DNA of 64,000 nt, taken from IMG/VR virus record IMGVR_UViG_3300035670_000191, positions 1,540 through 65,539 of that record. One strand, written 5' to 3'. Position numbers and translations under genes: made by a program. The DNA is from a virus. Taxonomy: Duplodnaviria > Caudoviricetes. The stretch's first letter is position 1. Every line of letters starts with the position of its first letter. The notes under the pieces were generated by a model. That model saw only the letters and a program-made list of their open reading frames with translations. It was not told the origin of the DNA and ran no database searches. Positions 19,655-26,691 of the stretch are shown here, one piece after another.

Positions 19655-20408
19655 GGAGTCAAGCCACGGTAGACTTATACTTGGTAACTGTCTTGACGTG
19701 CTACCCACACTCCGTGATACGTCCGCCGGGATGGTTTTGTGTGATATGCCGTATGGGACGACAGCTTGTAAGTGGGATGTTGTTATTCCTCTTGCGCCAA
19801 TGTGGCGGGAAGTTATGAGGGTTGTGAAGCCAGGCGGTGCAATCGTGCTGACAGCCACACAACCTTTTTCAAGTGTACTTGTTATGAGTCAGCCGGACTT
19901 GTTTAAGTATGCTTGGTATTGGTGTAAGAATTTTAAGACCGGACATTTGAATGCTAAGAAGCAGCCAATGAGGAGCGTGGAAGATATACTTGTGTTTTGC
20001 GATGGGCAGACAGTGTATAATCCGCAAGGGGTTGTGCCGCATGGTAAGGTGAAAGACCGGGGAGTCGGGGCCACGACAAACCGGCCTTGTGGTAGTGTGT
20101 CTTTGCAAACCCACACCGGCTATCCACACCAGCAGTTGTTCTTTGACCGTGACTTACCCTCTGTTCATCCTACGCAAAAGCCTGTTGCACTCTTTGAGTA
20201 TCTTGTAAGGACTTACACCAATCCCGGTGATACAGTAGTTGACTTTTGTTCTGGGAGCGGAACTACTGCTTTGGCGTGCATTGCTTCTGGGCGGAACTAT
20301 GTTTGTGTTGAGAAAGACCCAGGGTTTTATGAAGTAGGGGTTACGCGGGTGGGTGAGGCTGAAGCCATGCAAGCCCTGTGCCAACCGAGCGAATCTCACG
20401 CGCCGTGA
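19647..20408 (+). CDS. beta-class DNA methyltransferase (N6A/N4C)
   Basis: CDMPYG, HPTQKP, VDFCSGSGTT. Confidence 0.92.
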   Translation: MIRESSHGRLILGNCLDVLPTLRDTSAGMVLCDMPYGTTACKWDVVIPLAPMWREVMRVVKPGGAIVLTATQPFSSVLVMSQPDLFKYAWYWCKNFKTGHLNAKKQPMRSVEDILVFCDGQTVYNPQGVVPHGKVKDRGVGATTNRPCGSVSLQTHTGYPHQQLFFDRDLPSVHPTQKPVALFEYLVRTYTNPGDTVVDFCSGSGTTALACIASGRNYVCVEKDPGFYEVGVTRVGEAEAMQALCQPSESHAP

Positions 20409-20412
20409 AAAT

Positions 20413-20607
20413 TTGACAAGTGTGGTTGGGTGTGGTAGGAACGGGTTGACCGCTCTGCTTACCACACTTTTGGCTGTTTGTCAAGAGCCTGTGCCGCCAT
20501 GCACACTTCCGTCGGAATGTCAAGCCGGAAGCTGGCTGTTGACAAAGGGCTTTTGGTGTGGTAGGGCAGGCCAAGCACTTGACACACACCCCAACATGTG
20601 GTAAACC
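20413..20607. promoter_or_regulatory. cluster of sigma70-like sites in both orientations
   Basis: TTGACA-N12-TGTGG-TA at 20413(+), 20484(-), 20539(+), 20579(+); weaker copy at 20523(-). Confidence 0.75.
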
Positions 20608-20632
20608 CCCCCCCCCCACCTGGCCCCCCCCC

Positions 20633-20732
20633 ACAAAATCCATGCCACCCCTCCCTCCCTCCCCCCGGCACGGCCCTTGCACCGTCAAAATCCATGCCAC
20701 CACGCCCGACCCGACCTGGCACGAACCTTGCA
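20633..20732. promoter_or_regulatory. cluster of four sigma54-like sites
   Basis: CGGCACGGCCCTTGCA 20666, TGGCACGAACCTTGCA 20717; TGGCATGGATTTTG twice on the minus strand. Confidence 0.7.
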
Positions 20733-20827
20733 AGTTACCCCGCCACCGATCCGCCACCATAGTAAAGTTCTCGATCAACCTCGTTCTAACTCCCAAAAAA
20801 GTCCAAAAAAGCACCAACTACCCCGGG

Positions 20828-20866
20828 GGCCGCCCACAGCCCCTATCACAAAGCGTGATAACCAGC
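20828..20866 (+). repeat. 39-bp direct repeat, copy 1
   Basis: 31/39 identical to 23467-23505; contains TATCAC-N5-GTGATA. Confidence 0.7.
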
Positions 20867-21049
20867 CCTGAAATTCCCCAGAAAATTCCGGGATAAAAAC
20901 CCTGTAAACCGCATGGTTTTTCCGTGTGGGCAACAAGCGACGCCCAGTGTTGCGCCCACGCAACAATTACAACGGACTGTGATAGGGGGTTGTTGCGCGG
21001 ACGCAACAGCCAAGCCTTCGGCTCCGGTCTCCGACTTTGCATGGCCTGC

Positions 21050-22330
21050 TGCCCAAAGGTTTGCCCAAGTCCGGGTCTGCCTCGCCAAAGGTTTGCCAAA
21101 GTTTTGGTGGAAGGTTTGTCCGAGTCTGCGGCTCCCGGCTCCGGGTGTCAAGTTTCCGACAGGCCCGACAAGCAGGGCCATGGGACTGGTCAGTCCAGAT
21201 CGCCCCACCCAAACATAAACTTGGACTAACTTCCAGGGCTTGGGAGACAAGAACTTAAGGCAAGCCCTGCAAGCCCTGCAAGCCCCAAGTTGAACTTAGT
21301 TGTTGCGGGCCAAGGGCCATGCCCATTCAACAAGTTGAAGTTGGGCCTGTGGCCAAGGGCCATACCCAGTGTCAATTTTCCGACACTTGGACAAGTGGGG
21401 TTTGCCCGGCTGCCCGGCTGCCCGTGTTGCGTGTTTGCAACAAGTGGGCCGGGGCCGAGGGCTTTCCAAGTGGAACTTATTGTTGCCACAGATGTACCTG
21501 CCCACAAGTGGACTTCCAGTTTCACTTGTGGGGCTTGCCAAGTTGGCAACAAATTGACCCCAAGTTGAACTTCCATGAACTTCCATGAACTTCCAGTTGT
21601 TTGCCACAAGTGAAAAGTTAGCCAAGCCTGTTTGCAACAAGGGTGGGGGGGACTTCAATAAGTTGAACCCGGTTGAACCCGGTTGAACCCGGTTGAACGG
21701 CCAAGCCTGTTGGCTTCAATAAGTTTGGTTCCCGCCGGGCAAGCCCTGCCTGCAACAAGTTGAGTCAATGTTGGCTGTGCCATGCAACAAGTTTGGCTCC
21801 CGCCAGTGGAACAATGTTCATGCAACAAGTTAACCCGGTTAACCCTGTTAAACAATGTTTGCCAGTGGAATCCACTGGATTCAACAAGTTGAACACTGTT
21901 CATGGCTTCTTTCAGAAGTTGGGGGGGGGGGGCAATGGGCAGACTTTCAGAAGTGAAACTTATGGGCCAAGGGCAAGGGCAAGCCTGGCCAATCCCGACC
22001 AAGCCTGCAACAAGTTGACCTTGTTGACCCCGGTTGACCCCGGTTGACCCGCCCCGTTCAGCCCTTGTTCAGGTTCATGCGACAGGTTGACAGGGTGACC
22101 TTGTGGCCATGCCCCGGTTGAACCCCGGTTGCCGACAAGCCCACAAGTGTCAGTTTCCCGACAGATGGGCGGGGCAAGCCCGCTGGCTGAACAGACTGAC
22201 TGTTGACAGGCCAAGCCAGGGGCAAGCCCAAAGGGATGGCAGGTGTCAAGTGGGCACAGGGCCAAGCACCGAGGCCAAGCCCTCACGCCCTCACGCTCAC
22301 ACAAGTCGCAGCCCACAGCCCACAGCCCGG
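21050..22330. repeat. non-coding field of short tandem repeats and palindromes
   Basis: CAAGCCCTG, AACTTCCATG, GTTGAACCCG, GTTGACCCCG tandems; TTCAACAAGTTGAA palindromes. Confidence 0.8.
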
Positions 22331-22452
22331 ATTGGCCGAAGGCCTGGCCACGGCCACTTTTTTGCGTGCGGGTGCATGTGTGGATTTATAGTTACCCTAG
22401 TTGTTCTAGTTCGGAGGCCGCCGACCCGCATTCTGCCTAGGGCCGAAGGCCA

Positions 22453-22518
22453 ATAGGTGGGATAAAACAACCAGATAGGGGGGAAAATCCAACCACATAG
22501 GTGGGAAAAAACAACCAC
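22453..22518 (+). repeat. three tandem 22-bp iterons (putative plasmid-type origin)
   Basis: ATAGGTGGGATAAAACAACCAG / ATAGGGGGGAAAATCCAACCAC / ATAGGTGGGAAAAAACAACCAC directly upstream of rep. Confidence 0.85.
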
Positions 22519-22585
22519 AAAAGGGTGAATGGCCCTTGCCCTGCTCACCCCTATCGGCTAGACTGGGGCTTTTTGAGGCAGAGCC

Positions 22586-23422
22586 GTGATCGTGAAAAAC
22601 GTCCCAAGCACCGACAGCAGAATGGTGTGCCCCTTGTTGGCGGGCAACACCCATGCAAGTTTGAGCAACATTTTGTTGAACGGAAGTTTCCCTTTTTCAA
22701 ACACTGAGGCTCTTGCCATTCTTTTGTCACTTGGAGGGGTTAATTCAACTCCGACTGACAACCCTGAAACAGATGCTTACAGGAAGTCAAGAGTTTATGC
22801 GTTCAGCACAAAAGACTATGCGGCTTTGAAAAACTTGGACGCAAGACAGACTTACAGGACTTTTCTGGCAGCAGCAGAGTCCATTTTCAAGAAACACTTT
22901 GTTGTTTTTCCGTCAAAGACAAATAGAGACAAAGTCTTGTGCCGTTGGGTTAGCGAAGTTCATGCTTATGCAGATGCAGACAGGATTGGGTTTGTTTACA
23001 GTCCGACGGTTTACGACTTTATCTTTAACTTGACAGGGGATTTTACGCGGCTAAACACACTTGTGTCTTTGACCATTGAGGGAAAACACCCAAGAAGATT
23101 GTTTATGCTGCTGGAACAACAGCGGTTCAGGGGTCTTGTGGGGCAGGCAGGGTGGGGAATTGAGGAACTTTATGAGTGCTTTGGGGCAACGGAGGCGGCC
23201 AGGGAAGCGAAGGTGTTTTTCAAGGACATTTTCAATCCGTCAGTTGCGGCTTTGAAGGAAGTTGGGTATCTGGATGAGTGCGAAGTTCGGAAGGTTAAGG
23301 CTGGTCGGAACATTTCGGGAGTTGAGTTGGACTTTGTTTTGGCGTCGCAGGAGAAGTTTGCCGAAGTTTACAGGGCAGACTTGGAGCATCTTGCGAAACT
23401 GAAGGCAAGGTGGGGAAGCTAA
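22586..23422 (+). CDS. plasmid-type replication initiator (Rep_3/RepB family)
   Basis: SN.LL....FS..E, FIFNL..DFT, RRLFMLL, IEEL..FG, FFKDIF.PSV, K.GR.I; adjacent iterons. Confidence 0.85.
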   Translation: MIVKNVPSTDSRMVCPLLAGNTHASLSNILLNGSFPFSNTEALAILLSLGGVNSTPTDNPETDAYRKSRVYAFSTKDYAALKNLDARQTYRTFLAAAESIFKKHFVVFPSKTNRDKVLCRWVSEVHAYADADRIGFVYSPTVYDFIFNLTGDFTRLNTLVSLTIEGKHPRRLFMLLEQQRFRGLVGQAGWGIEELYECFGATEAAREAKVFFKDIFNPSVAALKEVGYLDECEVRKVKAGRNISGVELDFVLASQEKFAEVYRADLEHLAKLKARWGS

Positions 23423-23466
23423 CAGCCCCACTCCCGCCTCAAAAAAGCGTCAAAAAACCGACACTA

Positions 23467-23505
23467 GGCCACCCACAGCCAAAATCACATTCCGTGATAC
23501 CCAGC
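23467..23505 (+). repeat. 39-bp direct repeat, copy 2
   Basis: matches 20828-20866; contains AATCAC-N5-GTGATA. Confidence 0.7.
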
Positions 23506-24058
23506 AAAGGGCCGGCAAAGGGACTGTTCAACCTTAGACAAAGCCAGAGGGCGGACAAACTTGTCCAAAGTTCTTGGCGAACAGACAGAGCTATACTCAG
23601 GTTGTGACAGAGCATCATGGCTAAAGTTCCATGAAATCACCGATAGACGACAGTCTACCACAGATTGCCGCCGGGGGGACACGTTTAGGCAACAAACTGG
23701 GAGGGGAGTGTCAAAAAAGTGACACCCAGTGAGGGCGGGGCCGGGCCGGGGCCAAGGACGGACGGGGCAAACCCGTGAAGTGGGAAGCGTGACAGACGGA
23801 CGGGGCAAGCCGGGGGGACAAGCCCCAAAGTCCAACTTAGTCAAAGATTGTGGCGTGGCGAGGCCCAACTTAGTCCAAGTTCGTGCCGAAAGAATGGTAG
23901 ACTTAGTTTGGGGCGAGCCGGGGCAGGCCAGGGTGTACAGGTTTTGTATGGGGGGGGGCTAGCCCTGGGCGGTTGTGTGGATTTTGGCCAAGTGTCAAGA
24001 TTTTGACGGTGGGGGGGGGGGGTGTCGGTGTCCGGGTGTGGGCGGTGGGGTTAGGGTG

Positions 24059-24087
24059 TTGACGGGGAGGAGGGGGTGTGGTAGAGT
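24059..24087 (+). promoter_or_regulatory. sigma70 promoter of the Lcl gene cluster
   Basis: TTGACG-N12-TGTGG-TAGAGT (17-bp spacer, -7 T present). Confidence 0.7.
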
Positions 24088-24153
24088 GTGTGGGAAGGGG
24101 GGGGTGGCCCTCGCCCCAAACAGCAATTCCAAGCACCACCTGGCGAGAGTATC

Positions 24154-24489
24154 ATGACAGACAAATTATACAGCGAGTTTTCTGAAGTCCTAGAAGAAGT
24201 TTTCCTGGAGAGGGAGAAAGTCCCCTTTGAAAAGTCTTCCGTCAATCCTTCTCATGTATGTGTAGCTGAAAGATTTTACAAGGAGGGGTTGAAAGCAGCC
24301 GCCATACAGCTAGGGTATAGCCGGTCTGACTTCTATTTTGCGTGGAAGGTAGCACAAGTAGCAATGTACGAACATAGACAAATGTACAGTTTGCTACTAG
24401 ACAGTGACCGGGCAGACACTATAGCCTACTTTTATGACATTCCGTCATGGAACATGGTTAAAGCAATGATGGATATTTTTACAGAGTAA
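24154..24489 (+). CDS. hypothetical protein
   Basis: ATG 24154 with GAGAG RBS, downstream of the promoter. Confidence 0.65.
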   Translation: MTDKLYSEFSEVLEEVFLEREKVPFEKSSVNPSHVCVAERFYKEGLKAAAIQLGYSRSDFYFAWKVAQVAMYEHRQMYSLLLDSDRADTIAYFYDIPSWNMVKAMMDIFTE

Positions 24490-24500
24490 CAGAAAGTGGA

Positions 24501-24884
24501 GTGAGAGCGGTGCAAAGCATGAGATACGAAACAGTGACAGAAACGGAAGTATTAGACCGAAAGACAGGTTTAATATGGATGAAAGACCCTAAGATTGACC
24601 TAAATTTTGAACAAGCTAAACAATATGCAGAGAGAATTTCTACTATAAATGGAAAATTTTGGAGAATCCCTACAATAGAGGAATTAGTTAGCTTAGTGGA
24701 CTATACATTATGCACACCTAACACACCGGCATCAACATTCCCTAATATGTTACAAAATATCTATTGGTCGTTTTCAAACTATTGGGGTGAGGTTGATAGA
24801 GTCTGGGTCGTAAATTTCTACGATGGTAAGATAATGGATTATGGCCTTGGTGATAATGTTGCATTAGTTCTCCTAGTTCGGTAA
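24501..24884 (+). CDS. Lcl C-terminal / DUF1566 domain protein
   Basis: D.KTGLIW, WRIPTIEEL, YWS, WVVNF.DG, LVR. Confidence 0.88.
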   Translation: MRAVQSMRYETVTETEVLDRKTGLIWMKDPKIDLNFEQAKQYAERISTINGKFWRIPTIEELVSLVDYTLCTPNTPASTFPNMLQNIYWSFSNYWGEVDRVWVVNFYDGKIMDYGLGDNVALVLLVR

Positions 24885-24890
24885 TAAATT

Positions 24891-25292
24891 ATGAATGTCG
24901 AGGTGCAGAGCATGAGATACGTTGAAGTTTCAGAAATACACGACACGCAAACAGGGCTAATTTGGCAAAAAGTATGTCAAGGCTCATTCACTATAGAAGA
25001 AGCCATAGCCTATGTTAAGTCTTTTAACAAAAGCACAGGCATGGAATGGAGAATTCCCACAATCGAGGAACTGAATAGGTTGGTTGACAGAAGCCAATTT
25101 GACCCGGCAACTAAATTCCCAGACAGCCCTAGTGGACTTTTCTGGTCATCTACAAAGTATCTTGGGAGGCCAGAAAGGGTATTCACCAATGAAAACAGCC
25201 ATAGTTATTGGTATATTAACTTCACTAATGGGGAGGTAAGTTTCAACTTAGGGGATTCTGAGTATTACCTAAGGTTAGTCCGTGATAAGTAA
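24891..25292 (+). CDS. Lcl C-terminal / DUF1566 domain protein
   Basis: DTQTGLIWQ, WRIPTIEEL, FWSST, INF.NG, LRLVR. Confidence 0.88.
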   Translation: MNVEVQSMRYVEVSEIHDTQTGLIWQKVCQGSFTIEEAIAYVKSFNKSTGMEWRIPTIEELNRLVDRSQFDPATKFPDSPSGLFWSSTKYLGRPERVFTNENSHSYWYINFTNGEVSFNLGDSEYYLRLVRDK

Positions 25293-25322
25293 TGCGGTTA
25301 AACAGAAACATAAGGCAGAAGC

Positions 25323-25721
25323 ATGAGTAAGTTAAAACAAATTGGTAGGGTAAAAGGTAAGGATTCCGCTAGCGATTCCATTGTATACTTGGAAAAACAC
25401 GCTAAGAGCAATGGGAAACTGTATTACGGTTTAGTTGTTGCAGAGACACCTGACGGAGTGATTAAGCCATATTTAATGGACGACATTATCGCGTCATTTG
25501 ACCTAGATGCACCGCTTATTGGAATGGAGGTTACTGTAGATAACCCACTTGAGTTTATTCAAAGTTGGCGAGACGTTTATAACTTAGAAAGCGTTATAAA
25601 GATGTACCGGAGAAACAACCCAAGCTCCTCTACGTTGCCGTTGTTACAAGCCGACCTGCTAGAGGCTTTAGATAAAATATGGTCTGAATTGACTAATTTG
25701 AAATACCGGAGAAGAATATGA
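25323..25721 (+). CDS. hypothetical protein
   Basis: 132 aa ORF overlapping the next start. Confidence 0.65.
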   Translation: MSKLKQIGRVKGKDSASDSIVYLEKHAKSNGKLYYGLVVAETPDGVIKPYLMDDIIASFDLDAPLIGMEVTVDNPLEFIQSWRDVYNLESVIKMYRRNNPSSSTLPLLQADLLEALDKIWSELTNLKYRRRI

Positions 25722-26086
25722 GATACGTTGAAAAAGCAGAATCAGAAATCCTTGATACCAAAACCAATTTGGTTTGGCAAAGGTCATACGAGACCATGAC
25801 ATTTGATGAGGCTCACGCTTATGCAAAGCGTGTTTCAGATGTTACAGGGCAACAATGGAGGGTGCCGACACTGGATGAATTGACGAGTCTGATTGACAGA
25901 TCAACAAGAAACCCCGCGTCGGCATTTCCTGGTATGCCTCCGGTATGGTTTTGGTCGTCGTCGCCGTACGTCGGCTATACCAGTTGCGTCTGGGGTGTCA
26001 ATTTCGGCGATGGCAGTGTCTACGGCAGCGGCAGCCGTGGCTACGGCTACGGCGCGGTTCGGTTGGTTCGTGATGCAATACCCTAA
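25718..26086 (+). CDS. Lcl/DUF1566 protein with a DGR-type variable region
   Basis: WRVPTLDEL, FWSSS, VRLVR; 3' codons almost all NNY. Confidence 0.88.
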   Translation: MRYVEKAESEILDTKTNLVWQRSYETMTFDEAHAYAKRVSDVTGQQWRVPTLDELTSLIDRSTRNPASAFPGMPPVWFWSSSPYVGYTSCVWGVNFGDGSVYGSGSRGYGYGAVRLVRDAIP

Positions 26087-26169
26087 AGCCCCACATACCC
26101 CGCAATAAGTATTCAAGCCCTGGGTGAGATACCCACGGGAATACCCACGGGAATACCTTTCTGACAAAG

Positions 26170-26215
26170 TTAAGGCCAGCCAATAATACCATGTAAGTAT
26201 TACTGCTGGCCTTAA
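26170..26215. terminator. inverted repeat between convergent operons
   Basis: TTAAGGCCAGC..GCTGGCCTTAA with inner TAATAC/GTATTA. Confidence 0.6.
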
Positions 26216-26222
26216 TCAATCC

Positions 26223-26633
26223 TCACAGGCCAAATTTAGCCTTCTCCGCCCTTCCCCAAGCCCGGATACCCTCCACATAGGCATTGTAGATATTAAACTC
26301 ATCCGAAGGCGCAGTCCGAATAAGTTTAATCTCATCATACAAAGCGTATCGTTCTGCAATCTTTTCCCTAACTCGTGCATTCACCAGAGCAACATGCGGG
26401 CTACTAGCCGAAAGTGCTTCCTTAAGTTCCGGAGTCAGCGTCACAGTTTCAATAGTAATCTGGCTTGGTTGTTCGGGCAATACAAGATTATCAGGTATAC
26501 TTACATACATATATTCGTCAAGTTTTCCAAGAAATGTGGGGAAAGGCCCGTCCATTTCAGTCGAAGGCGTGTATAGTAAGTTGTAGGTAGTATACTCATC
26601 CGATACCGGTATGTATTTAACTATAGAAGGCAT
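26223..26633 (-). CDS. hypothetical protein, possibly a fibre-associated chaperone
   Basis: 136 aa, GAGG RBS, directly after the Mtd-like gene. Confidence 0.75.
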   Translation of the reverse strand: MPSIVKYIPVSDEYTTYNLLYTPSTEMDGPFPTFLGKLDEYMYVSIPDNLVLPEQPSQITIETVTLTPELKEALSASSPHVALVNARVREKIAERYALYDEIKLIRTAPSDEFNIYNAYVEGIRAWGRAEKAKFGL

Positions 26634-26691
26634 TGGTTGTCCTCATTGTGTTAGATTGTGGTAGTTTTGGGCTATCGCTCCAACACTATTT

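Noticed and set aside
21050-22330. CRISPR array
   Set aside because: Repeats are 7-14 bp, tandem or irregularly spaced; there is no constant 23-47-bp repeat with unique spacers and no cas operon.
22378-22386. DnaA box upstream of the iterons
   Set aside because: TGTGGATTT has two mismatches to the consensus; too weak to call.
20341-22560. Many overlapping 60-160 aa ORFs on both strands
   Set aside because: Low-complexity P/G/Q-rich translations without RBS or recognisable motifs; likely by-products of repetitive DNA.
26129-26157. 12-bp tandem ATACCCACGGGA as a DGR hairpin or att site
   Set aside because: Only about 2.4 copies, with no partner noticed elsewhere; probably a local duplication.
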